A stretch of DNA of 64,000 bases from Caldisericia bacterium. GTDB taxonomy: Bacteria; Caldisericota; Caldisericia; UBA6126. The first letter of the stretch is position 1; the number at the start of each line of letters is the position of its first letter. Shown here piece by piece: positions 38,968-47,484 of the stretch. The stretch lies in the NCBI GenBank assembly GCA_028700655.1, contig JAQVSG010000005.1, positions 1,702-65,701 on the forward strand, given 5' to 3'. The notes below the pieces were generated by a model, which saw only the letters and a program-made list of their open reading frames with translations, searched no databases and was not told the origin of the DNA. Made by a program: the position numbers and the translations under genes.

Positions 38968-39328
38968 TTCTTTAGAAGAGCTTCGAAAGATTCGTAACGA
39001 TGCCAAAGAATCGATGAAAACTCGAAGCGGTAATGCAAAAGTACGCGTATTTGCTAGCATGGGTACAGTAGGTATTGCTGGTGGAGCAAGAGAAGCTCTA
39101 AAAGCAATGATCGATGAATTAGAAAAACGTAATTTCCACGATGTTGAAATCGTTGAGGGTGGTTCTATGGGCCTTGATAACGAAGAACCCATCATTCGAA
39201 TCGAACGAGACGGTTTTGAAACCACGTATGGAAAAGTTACCCCTGACATGGCTCGACAAATTGTAGCTCAACACATCATTAATGGACAGATGATCAGTGA
39301 ATGGGTAATAGCAAGGAACGAAAAATAA
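38954..39328 (+). CDS. Thioredoxin-like ferredoxin-fold protein lacking cysteines (HydD-like position)
   Basis: It aligns by eye to the N-terminal domain of the next gene. SMGTVGIAGGA and GGSMGLDNEEP occupy the positions of the Cys-bearing loops. The whole protein has no Cys. Confidence 0.6.
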   Translation: MAKISSLEELRKIRNDAKESMKTRSGNAKVRVFASMGTVGIAGGAREALKAMIDELEKRNFHDVEIVEGGSMGLDNEEPIIRIERDGFETTYGKVTPDMARQIVAQHIINGQMISEWVIARNEK

Positions 39329-41007
39329 TGAAAATTTATCGGATTCATGCTCTTATTTGCGCTGGCGGTCAATGTATTTCAGCCGGCGGAAATGATTTTG
39401 AAGCAGCCTTACGAACAGAAATCCAAAAGCATGGGCTCGAAGAAGAAGTACAAATTGTAGAAACTGGATGCATGGGTGCTTGCGAAATGGGTCCCATGAT
39501 GGTAGTCTACCCGGAAGGAACACTATACATTCATCTCCAACCTGAAAATGCCAAAGAAATCGTAGAAGAACACTTTTTGAAAGGCAGAAAAGTACATCAA
39601 CTTATGTGGGAAAAAGCAGAAGGTCACTTCCCAACGCTAAACGAAGTGCCTTTCTTTGCACTGCAAACGAAAATTGTACTTCGTAACTGTGGCGTTATCA
39701 ACCCCGAAAACATCGAAGAGTATATTGCCTACGATGGATACACGGGTCTTGCTAAAGCGTTAGGAGAAATGACTCCTGAAGATGTTGTGGCTGAGATCGA
39801 AAAATCTGGTCTTCGAGGTCGTGGTGGTGCTGGTTTTCCCACAGGTTTAAAGTGGAAATTAACAGCCCAGGCTAAAGGAGATCAAAAGTACGTTGTATGT
39901 AATGCCGATGAAGGTGATCCTGGTGCCTACATGGATCGTTCTGTTTTAGAAGGAGATCCTCATACCCTTATAGAAGGAATGGCAATAGCAGGATATGCCG
40001 TGGGCGCTAACCAAGGGTATGTTTATTGCAGAGCTGAGTATCCTTTGGCAATACAACGACTTCAAAAAGCTATTCAGCAAGCAAAAAGCGCTGGTCTTCT
40101 TGGAAATCAAATACTGGGTTCTCGTTTCTCTTTCCAATTGCAGATTCGTATTGGAGCAGGAGCTTTTGTATGTGGAGAAGAAACAGCTCTTCTTAGTTCC
40201 ATTGAGGGAAAACGTGGAGAACCCAGGAAAAAACCACCCTATCCAGCTACATGCGGTCTTTTTGGAAAGCCAACTTTAATCAACAATGTAGAAACGTTTG
40301 CCAACATCCCCGTCATCCTTTCCAAAGGATCTTCTTTCTTTAATGCGATTGGAAAAGAAGGTTGTCGAGGTACGAAAGTGTTTTCTCTAGCTGGACACGT
40401 AAAAACCACAGGTTTGATTGAAGTTCCTCTCGGTATCACGATGAAAGAAATCATTTACGATATTGGTGGAGGCATTCCCGGAGGCAAAGTCTTTAAAGGA
40501 GCCCTGATTGGGGGTCCATCCGGAGGAGTTATTCCTTCTTCCCAATTGGATGTTCCCATCGATTATGAACACCTAAATACACTCGGTGCCATTATGGGAT
40601 CTGGTGGTTTAATTGTTATGGACGAATCGAGTTGCATGGTTGATATCGCTAAGTTTTTCCTACAATTCACCGTAGGCGAATCTTGTGGGAAATGCACGCC
40701 TTGTCGAGAAGGTACGAGACAAATGTATGAAATATTGGACCGTATTTCTTGCGGTGAAGGCAGAGAAGGTGATATTGAGAAATTAGAAAGTCTTGGAAAA
40801 GTTATCCAAGACACGTCTCTTTGCGGATTAGGTCAAAGCGCACCAAATCCAGTTTTATCAAGTATTCGTTGGTTTCGCGACGAATACGAAGCGCATATTA
40901 AAAAGAAAGTGTGCCCCGCAGGGGTGTGCACAATGACAAAAATTACAACAAACAAGGAGGAACCACGCCGTGGAAGAAAAAAAGCATCTACTCGAACAAT
41001 TACATGA
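39328..41007 (+). CDS. NuoF-like FMN/NAD(H)-binding subunit (HydB-type), module 1
   Basis: The N-terminal [2Fe-2S] loops are ICAGGQC and [19 protein letters not shown] (FMN), CNADEGDPGAYMDRS (NAD) and [17 protein letters not shown] ([4Fe-4S]) are present. It ends shortly after CPAGVC. Confidence 0.9.
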   Translation: MKIYRIHALICAGGQCISAGGNDFEAALRTEIQKHGLEEEVQIVETGCMGACEMGPMMVVYPEGTLYIHLQPENAKEIVEEHFLKGRKVHQLMWEKAEGHFPTLNEVPFFALQTKIVLRNCGVINPENIEEYIAYDGYTGLAKALGEMTPEDVVAEIEKSGLRGRGGAGFPTGLKWKLTAQAKGDQKYVVCNADEGDPGAYMDRSVLEGDPHTLIEGMAIAGYAVGANQGYVYCRAEYPLAIQRLQKAIQQAKSAGLLGNQILGSRFSFQLQIRIGAGAFVCGEETALLSSIEGKRGEPRKKPPYPATCGLFGKPTLINNVETFANIPVILSKGSSFFNAIGKEGCRGTKVFSLAGHVKTTGLIEVPLGITMKEIIYDIGGGIPGGKVFKGALIGGPSGGVIPSSQLDVPIDYEHLNTLGAIMGSGGLIVMDESSCMVDIAKFFLQFTVGESCGKCTPCREGTRQMYEILDRISCGEGREGDIEKLESLGKVIQDTSLCGLGQSAPNPVLSSIRWFRDEYEAHIKKKVCPAGVCTMTKITTNKEEPRRGRKKASTRTIT

Positions 41008-41398
41008 CATCCAAGATGCAGACAAAGAACACCACTTATCCCCAAAAAAAGTGGTCGAACTTTCTGAAAAACATGGATATAGTCCCGCCAAAGTTTATGG
41101 AGTTGAGACCTTTTATACAATGTACTCAACAGAACCTCGTGGAAAACACATTATTCGGATCTGCGAGAACCAATCCTGCCATATGGCAAATGCTAAAAAT
41201 ATAATTCAACATCTCGAGAAAAAACTAGAAACTAGTGTTGGTGGAACTACAAAAGATGGACTTTTCACTTTAGAACTAAGCAGTTGTTTAGGCATGTGCT
41301 CTGTATCTCCCGCAATGATGATTGACGATGTTCCTTACGGAAATTTAACCGAAGATCGTATCAATGAAATCATAGATTCCTACAAGGAGGGCAAATAA
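40970..41398 (+). CDS. NuoE-like [2Fe-2S] subunit, module 2
   Basis: The GTG start follows aaggagg and lies inside the 3' end of the previous gene (38-nt overlap). Cys ligands are CENQSC and CLGMCSVSP. Confidence 0.8.
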   Translation: MEEKKHLLEQLHDIQDADKEHHLSPKKVVELSEKHGYSPAKVYGVETFYTMYSTEPRGKHIIRICENQSCHMANAKNIIQHLEKKLETSVGGTTKDGLFTLELSSCLGMCSVSPAMMIDDVPYGNLTEDRINEIIDSYKEGK

Positions 41399-43041
41399 TG
41401 AAATTTTATCGAATGCATGTCCTTGTTGCTGAAGATACCAGAAGCATTATGGCCGGAGCTAAACGCGTAGAAGAAGCTCTAGTTGAAGAAATTCGATTGG
41501 CCGGCTTAGAAGATGAAATTCGTGTTGTTCCAACAGGATCCCTAGGCTTTAGTGATAAAGATCAAGTGGCGATTGCGATATACCCGGACAACATTATATA
41601 CTGTCCTGTGCTTGTAAGTACTGTCCCTGAAATTGTCGAAGAACACTTTTTGAAAGGGAGAATAATAAAAGCACTGGCTCATCCTATGGAACAAAAAGAA
41701 GTAACCATGGAAGAGCGGACAAGCGAAAACCAAATGAATCTGGATATCCAAAAACGTATCCTTTTAGAAAATGTCGGCAAAATTGATCCAGAAAACATCC
41801 AAGAATACATCGCAGCAGATGGATATGTTGCCCTAGAAAAAGCTCTCTTTAGTTTGACTCCCGAAAAAGTCATTGATGAAGTTAAAAAATCGGAGTTACG
41901 AGGACGCGGTGGCGCAGGCTTTCCTACTGGTTTAAAATGGCAGTTTACTCGCCCCAACCCTGGACCTGTAAAATACGTCATTTGCAATGCTGACGAAGGT
42001 GAACCTGGCACTTTTAAAGATCGTGAGATAATGGAAGGCGATCCCCATAAAATGATTGAAGGAATGATACTTGCTGCCTACGCAGTTGGGGGTACACACG
42101 GTTATATCTATATCCGAGGAGAGTATGCCTTGTCCATCCAACGTCTCCAAAAAGCCATAGATGCCTGTTATGAATATGGACTCCTTGGAAAGAACATCCT
42201 TGGAACAGATTTTAGCTTTGAGCTTTGCATCCACTCTGGTGCAGGCGCCTACATTTGTGGAGAAGAAACTGCATTAATCAATTCCATTGAGGGAAAACGA
42301 GGGGAACCCAGAAAAAAACCACCATACCCTCCCTCTCAAGGACTTTGGCAAAAACCCACTCTTGTAAACAATGTGGAAACATTTGCCAACATCCCCGCCA
42401 TTATTTCCAATGGGGGTGAATGGTATCAATCGATTGGTGTGGAAGGTTCTCGTGGAACCAAGCTTTTCTCTCTCATGGGCGATATTAATTGGAAAGGTAC
42501 TATTGAAATTCCATTTGGTACATCGGTGGGTGATATTATTGATAATATTGGACACGGAGTGCGCTACGATCGTAAACTCAAAGGAGTAATTCTTGGTGGT
42601 TCCTCTGGTTCTCTACTTGTTCCTGAAGAACTGAACACACCTGTAGATTTCCATTCTCTGGCTCATATTGAAGCCGGCCCCGGGTCTGGTTCTATCGTTG
42701 TAATGGACGAAACAAGATGCATTGTTGACATTTGTCTCAATATTGCAGAATTTTTCCGTCATGAGTCTTGCGGCAAATGTACTCCTTGTCGCGAGGGAAC
42801 TGCACAGATTTGCCATCTACTTGAAATGATTGCTTCAGGAAATGGCTTGCCAGAGGACATCGATCATTTAGAGAAAATTTCTCAAACCATGATGGATGCT
42901 TCTTTTTGTCCTCTTGGACAAACAGCTCCATCGGTTTTACGACAAGCTTTAAAAAAATATCGTCAAGAGTTTCTTGATCACATTCATAATAGTAACTGCC
43001 CTGCAGGGGTATGTAATATGAACTTCACAGAGGAGGTTTGA
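41398..43041 (+). CDS. NuoF-like FMN/NAD(H)-binding subunit, module 2
   Basis: It starts with a TAATG overlap. [28 protein letters not shown] and [17 protein letters not shown] are present. The N-terminal Trx-like domain has no Cys ([22 protein letters not shown]). It ends after CPAGVC. Confidence 0.9.
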   Translation: MKFYRMHVLVAEDTRSIMAGAKRVEEALVEEIRLAGLEDEIRVVPTGSLGFSDKDQVAIAIYPDNIIYCPVLVSTVPEIVEEHFLKGRIIKALAHPMEQKEVTMEERTSENQMNLDIQKRILLENVGKIDPENIQEYIAADGYVALEKALFSLTPEKVIDEVKKSELRGRGGAGFPTGLKWQFTRPNPGPVKYVICNADEGEPGTFKDREIMEGDPHKMIEGMILAAYAVGGTHGYIYIRGEYALSIQRLQKAIDACYEYGLLGKNILGTDFSFELCIHSGAGAYICGEETALINSIEGKRGEPRKKPPYPPSQGLWQKPTLVNNVETFANIPAIISNGGEWYQSIGVEGSRGTKLFSLMGDINWKGTIEIPFGTSVGDIIDNIGHGVRYDRKLKGVILGGSSGSLLVPEELNTPVDFHSLAHIEAGPGSGSIVVMDETRCIVDICLNIAEFFRHESCGKCTPCREGTAQICHLLEMIASGNGLPEDIDHLEKISQTMMDASFCPLGQTAPSVLRQALKKYRQEFLDHIHNSNCPAGVCNMNFTEEV

Positions 43042-43045
43042 AGCT

Positions 43046-44872
43046 GTGGAAAACAAGACTGTAAATATCAAAATCAATGGTAATGATTACACTGTTGATG
43101 GTAGTCTAACAATACTTAAAGCCTGCCGTCAAGCTGGAATTTCAATTCCAACACTATGTTACATGGAAAACATCTGTGAGGAAGGTTCCTGTGGAATCTG
43201 TGTAGTGGAAGTTGCAAAATCCCATACTCTCCAACGTGCCTGCATTACCCAGGTGTATGATGGAATGGAAATTCAAACAAACACATCGCGCGTTCGGCAA
43301 GCTCGTAAAACCATTCTAGAGCTTATACTTGCCAATCATCCACAAGACTGTTTAAATTGCGCAGCTAGTGAAATTTGCGAGCTTCGTAAAATATCCTATG
43401 ACCTTGGTATTGATGAAACACCATTTGAACCAACCAAAGACTTGGATTTACCCCTAGACACTACTTCTCCGGCCATCGTTCGTGACCTTAACAAATGTAT
43501 TCTTTGCCGTCGCTGTGTCAAGGAATGCGAGATTGTTCAATCTGTCAATGTTATCGAGATTGCAGGTCGAGGAATCAACAGCAAGGTCAGTTGTTTCATG
43601 GACAAAGGCCTAGGAGAATCTTATTGTACCAATTGTGGACAATGCATAAAGGTATGTCCTGTTGGTGCTCTCACTGAAAAGAATGACGTCGACCGCGTTT
43701 GGGATTATTTAGCCGATCCTAAAAAACACGTGGTTGTTCAAACAGCCCCTGCTGTTCGTGTAGCACTAGGTGAAGAATTTGGAATGCCCGTTGGATCTCT
43801 CGTAACAGGCAAAATGGCAGCAGGTGTTCGTCGTTTGGGTTTTGATGGTGTATTTGACACAGATTTCGCAGCTGACTTAACCATCTTAGAAGAAGGGACC
43901 GAATTCATTGGTCGATTAACCAAAGTTTTAAACGGTGAAAGTGCCCATTTGCCCCTGATCACTTCTTGTTCTCCAGGATGGATCAAATTTATTGAACACT
44001 TCTTTCCTAAATGTCTGCCGAACGTGTCTTCTTGTAAATCTCCCCAACAAATGTTTGGGGCCGTTACAAAGACATACTATGCACAACAGAAGAATCTAGA
44101 CCCTAGAGATGTCATTTGTGTTTCTGTTATGCCTTGTACAGCCAAAAAATACGAATGTTTGCGACCTGAAATGGACGATGCTTTTGACCATTGGAAAGAC
44201 AAGCTTATGCTGAAAGACGAAGACCATTTCCAAGATGTAGATGTTGCTATCACAACCAGAGAACTGGGTCGTATGATGAAAGAAGTGGGTATCGATTTTG
44301 AACATCTTCCCGAAGAATCGTTTGATTCTCCCCTTGGTGAATCCACAGGTGCAGCCGTAATCTTTGGCGCAACGGGTGGTGTCATGGAAGCAGCCCTTCG
44401 TACTGTATACGAAGTAGTTACTGGACAAGCTCTTCCAAAGGTTGAATTGGAAATTGTCCGTGGTATGAAGGGTATCCGTACTGCCGACATCCCTATGGTC
44501 TCTGCGGATGGCAAAGAAATTATTGCCAAAGTAGCCATTGCTTCGGGTTTAGGAAATGCAAGAGTACTTCTAGAAGAAGTAAGCAATGGGACAAGCCCCT
44601 ACCATTTCATTGAAATTATGGCATGCCCTGGTGGTTGCCTAAACGGAGGAGGACAACCCATTAGCAATGATCCCAATGTTTGTGAAAAACGCGCTGCTGC
44701 CCTCTATTCCCAAGATGAAGCCATTACAATACGAAAATCACACGACAACCCCGAAATTAAGAAGATTTATGAGAACTATTTTGAAAAACCTAATTCACAC
44801 TTAGCCCATGAACTTCTTCATACAAGTTACGTAGAACGTGACTTGTATGAACTCGAAAAAGAAGATAACTAA
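43046..44872 (+). CDS. hydA: [FeFe]-hydrogenase catalytic subunit (M3-type, NuoG-like N-terminus)
   Basis: The GTG start follows ggagg. It has an N-terminal [2Fe-2S] region, HPQDCLNCAASEIC, CILCRRCVKEC and CTNCGQCIKVCP. H-cluster motifs are L2 MPCTAKKYE and L3 EIMACPGGCLNGGGQP. L1 reads TSCSPGW. Confidence 0.9.
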   Translation: MENKTVNIKINGNDYTVDGSLTILKACRQAGISIPTLCYMENICEEGSCGICVVEVAKSHTLQRACITQVYDGMEIQTNTSRVRQARKTILELILANHPQDCLNCAASEICELRKISYDLGIDETPFEPTKDLDLPLDTTSPAIVRDLNKCILCRRCVKECEIVQSVNVIEIAGRGINSKVSCFMDKGLGESYCTNCGQCIKVCPVGALTEKNDVDRVWDYLADPKKHVVVQTAPAVRVALGEEFGMPVGSLVTGKMAAGVRRLGFDGVFDTDFAADLTILEEGTEFIGRLTKVLNGESAHLPLITSCSPGWIKFIEHFFPKCLPNVSSCKSPQQMFGAVTKTYYAQQKNLDPRDVICVSVMPCTAKKYECLRPEMDDAFDHWKDKLMLKDEDHFQDVDVAITTRELGRMMKEVGIDFEHLPEESFDSPLGESTGAAVIFGATGGVMEAALRTVYEVVTGQALPKVELEIVRGMKGIRTADIPMVSADGKEIIAKVAIASGLGNARVLLEEVSNGTSPYHFIEIMACPGGCLNGGGQPISNDPNVCEKRAAALYSQDEAITIRKSHDNPEIKKIYENYFEKPNSHLAHELLHTSYVERDLYELEKEDN

Positions 44873-44905
44873 ACGTTCAACGTTTTCACTGTTACAAGCA
44901 AATAG

Positions 44906-44937
44906 AAAAAGGCCTCCCTTTCGAGGGAGGCCTTTTT
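44906..44937. terminator. Strong bidirectional rho-independent terminator
   Basis: GC-rich 9-bp stem ggcctccct/agggaggcc with a ttcg loop, an A-run before it and a T-run after it. It sits between convergent hydA and the glycosyltransferase gene. Confidence 0.75.
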
Positions 44938-44974
44938 CTATGGTTTCTTTTTTTTGCAAACAATCATAAGGATC

Positions 44975-46585
44975 TTACGTAAAATGTAGGTATTTTTGGA
45001 TCATACTTTCCCAAGAAAAGACACTGGATGTAACAGAGTACAAAATACTTCGAAGTTCTTTCCGTTCGAGATCTGTCATTTTTTCTAGCGTCTCAAGAAC
45101 ATCAACAATACATCGTTTCATAGAGAAGATAAGATCTTCGTCCAGAGAAATTGGTTTAAAAGGCATATTTGGAAAGAAAGATTGCAATGAATCTTGGTAG
45201 ATTGCATACACCTCAGAAAGAGCAGTATAGGTTGTCATTATGGGCAAAACACCAGAAGAAAGAGACTCAATTACAACTTGACCAAAACTTTCTGGTACAA
45301 TAAAAGGAAACACCGTTAAATCGACACTTCGAACCAATTTACTGAGAATAGGTTGGTCTAAGTATCCCGTGAAATAAACACTTTTTTGGATCTCATTTCT
45401 AGCAGCGTAAAAGTATTTCTCTCTACATTTTGGATCTTGCATCCAATCTAAAAACGACTGTATGTATAGCACGGAAGTACTACTGATCTGTGCATCCCAC
45501 AAGTCAGGGTGCTGTATAGATTCGAGAAACAACTCTTCACGCCCATGATGTAAATACGTAATCAATGTTTCCACATAGGTTTGAGAAGGCCCAAATCCGG
45601 TAAAAATAAATCGGGCATTCGGAAATCTCTGCATTATCAATGGAATTGTTATAGCAATCATTTGAATCCCTTTTGTCCAAAGATATCGCCCGTAATACAG
45701 AACAAAAGGGTGAAGATTTGTATCGGCAGTACTAAGTCGAAAAAGTTCAAGAATATCTGTTTCCCAATAATGCTCCTCGGTAATCAGTTGAGGCCCCATT
45801 TGCGAATGCGATTTAGCATGTTGTAAAATGTCCTTAAGAAGTTTAGATGTCGATTCTTCTTCTGTCATGGGATGAAACATTTTTACATCTACACCAGGAG
45901 GAATTACGCACATTTTTTTCTCCCATTCGTACATGTCAATGTCATCTGTTAGTGCATCAGGGGTTTGTAAAATGCGTACAAACTCATTTTGAATATCGTG
46001 GGACGTAAAGCATATTGCGTCAAAGCCCTTTAGTCCATTGATGGCATAGGCCTTTAAGGAGTTCTTCTTGGAGATACAATGCAAACCATTTCCATGGATA
46101 GTAGCAATGCGAACTACATTTGGTGATAATTCTGTCAAAGACGATACAATATAAGGTTGTAAAATACAATGATGAGCCCATACTACATCAATGGAATGTT
46201 GAGAGCAAATCTGGTTGATCGCCATAACAGTATTGGTAATATAGGCTTCGAGATTTTTATCGGAGGTAAAACTTATTTCTTTCGTAACAAATTTAGTTTG
46301 TGCTTCGTAAGTAAACACCGGCAGAATATCTCCAATAGTGGGTCGATACAATGAACAGGTGCCCCTATAGGTGGTTTCTCTTCTGAAAATATTGTAGAAA
46401 CATTCTTGCTCATTGTCATAATTCCACACTTCTGAAATAATATCATAGCTCCAATAATCGGTTTCCTGACAAACAAGAATCACATCGTGCCCGAGTTCAA
46501 TCAGACTTTTGCATGTATGATACACAAATAAGTTACTACTTGCTCCTTGTAAATAATACCCATGAACCATTAAAAATGTCATCAT
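44975..46585 (-). CDS. GT4-family (GT-B, retaining) glycosyltransferase, substrate unknown
   Basis: At 536 aa, it has an N-terminal Rossmann-like MVHGYY...LGHDV region and the C-terminal motif PESFGQVVIESLSSGVLP typical of GT4 enzymes. SD aggaggac lies upstream. Confidence 0.7.
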   Translation of the reverse strand: MMTFLMVHGYYLQGASSNLFVYHTCKSLIELGHDVILVCQETDYWSYDIISEVWNYDNEQECFYNIFRRETTYRGTCSLYRPTIGDILPVFTYEAQTKFVTKEISFTSDKNLEAYITNTVMAINQICSQHSIDVVWAHHCILQPYIVSSLTELSPNVVRIATIHGNGLHCISKKNSLKAYAINGLKGFDAICFTSHDIQNEFVRILQTPDALTDDIDMYEWEKKMCVIPPGVDVKMFHPMTEEESTSKLLKDILQHAKSHSQMGPQLITEEHYWETDILELFRLSTADTNLHPFVLYYGRYLWTKGIQMIAITIPLIMQRFPNARFIFTGFGPSQTYVETLITYLHHGREELFLESIQHPDLWDAQISSTSVLYIQSFLDWMQDPKCREKYFYAARNEIQKSVYFTGYLDQPILSKLVRSVDLTVFPFIVPESFGQVVIESLSSGVLPIMTTYTALSEVYAIYQDSLQSFFPNMPFKPISLDEDLIFSMKRCIVDVLETLEKMTDLERKELRSILYSVTSSVFSWESMIQKYLHFT

Positions 46586-46829
46586 AGTCCTCCTTCCTAA
46601 AAGCTCAAAGGATAATCTCGGGAAGATGCAGAATATGGCAAAAGGCCTTTTTCTTATCCTATCATGGATTGAAATTCTGTAAAGAAAATAACAAGAAAAG
46701 TAACAATTTTGAGAAAACTAGTCTTTACATTTGAACTTAGTTATCGTAAGGTAAGGTTTGTTTGAAGTATGGTTTCTCAACTCCATACGAGGATTCTCAT
46801 TTCCGTATTCAGCATTGTTTGATATATGT

Positions 46830-47006
46830 ATGGGTGACAACAACATGAACGAAAATAAAAAAAGTAAAAATACACTTCTCTTTGTTCTTGTAATCGCGAC
46901 ACTTTGTTTGGTAGTGATTAGCTCTATTGTGTTGTACCAAATTGGAACCTACCGACCTCATTCCCAATCTCCCAGGTATGCTTTCCCTGCACAACAATAC
47001 CCGTAA
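46830..47006 (+). CDS. Possible small single-pass membrane protein
   Basis: It has one strong TM helix (LLFVLVIATLCLVVISSIVLY) and is followed by a terminator. There is no clear SD, and the start could be 46830 or 46845. Confidence 0.3.
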   Translation: MGDNNMNENKKSKNTLLFVLVIATLCLVVISSIVLYQIGTYRPHSQSPRYAFPAQQYP

Positions 47007-47014
47007 TTAACCAT

Positions 47015-47054
47015 AAAAAAAAAAGCGGTAGGCCCAACGACCTACCGCTTTTTT
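47015..47054. terminator. Bidirectional rho-independent terminator
   Basis: 8-bp stem gcggtagg/cctaccgc (47025-47032/47041-47048) between a 10-nt A-run and a 6-nt T-run. It serves the convergent small ORF and the RRM gene. Confidence 0.75.
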
Positions 47055-47079
47055 GATACCTTTTTTCGGTATTTGTTTT

Positions 47080-47391
47080 CTACCAGGTACGGTTACGGTT
47101 TCCACCGCGGAATCCACCACCGCTATTGCCACGGTCTCTGTCTCTGTTTTCTCGAGGTTTCGCTTCAGAAGCTCTTATTTCTCTTCCTTGAAGATTCTTT
47201 CCATCCAACTCTTCGATGGCTTTTAAAGCTTCTTCTTGGTTTGGCATTTCCACAAAACCAAAACCACGAGATCTATTTGTCATACGATCTTTAATTACAT
47301 TACAAGTTGTGATTTCACCAAACGGTTCAAAAGCGGATCTTAAATCAGAATCCTGAGTGTCAAACGATAAGTTACCTACATAAATGTTCAT
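47080..47391 (-). CDS. RRM-type RNA-binding protein with Gly/Arg-rich tail
   Basis: RNP2 IYVGNL and RNP1 RGFGFVEM are present, with a C-terminal RDRDRGNSGGGFRGGNRNR tail, in 103 aa. Confidence 0.9.
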   Translation of the reverse strand: MNIYVGNLSFDTQDSDLRSAFEPFGEITTCNVIKDRMTNRSRGFGFVEMPNQEEALKAIEELDGKNLQGREIRASEAKPRENRDRDRGNSGGGFRGGNRNRTW

Positions 47392-47398
47392 TGAATTG

Positions 47399-47441
47399 CC
47401 TCCAGCAATTTAATTTGTATCACTAGACTATTATGCTGGAG
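47399..47441 (-). promoter_or_regulatory. 5'-UTR hairpin sequestering the Shine-Dalgarno sequence of the RRM gene (candidate translational or thermo-responsive element)
   Basis: The mRNA reads CUCCAGCA-(26 nt)-UGCUGGAGGCAAUUCAAUG. The 8-bp stem contains GGAG of the GGAGG SD, which sits 7 nt from the AUG. Confidence 0.3.
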
Positions 47442-47484
47442 TGATGTGATCGAACCAACCTAACAGAACTAATAACCGATTTAT

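Noticed and set aside
44077-44586. 169-aa and 110-aa antisense ORFs inside hydA
   Set aside because: The sense strand carries unambiguous H-cluster motifs. The antisense products are low-complexity (Ser/Pro/Ala-rich) and have no start context.
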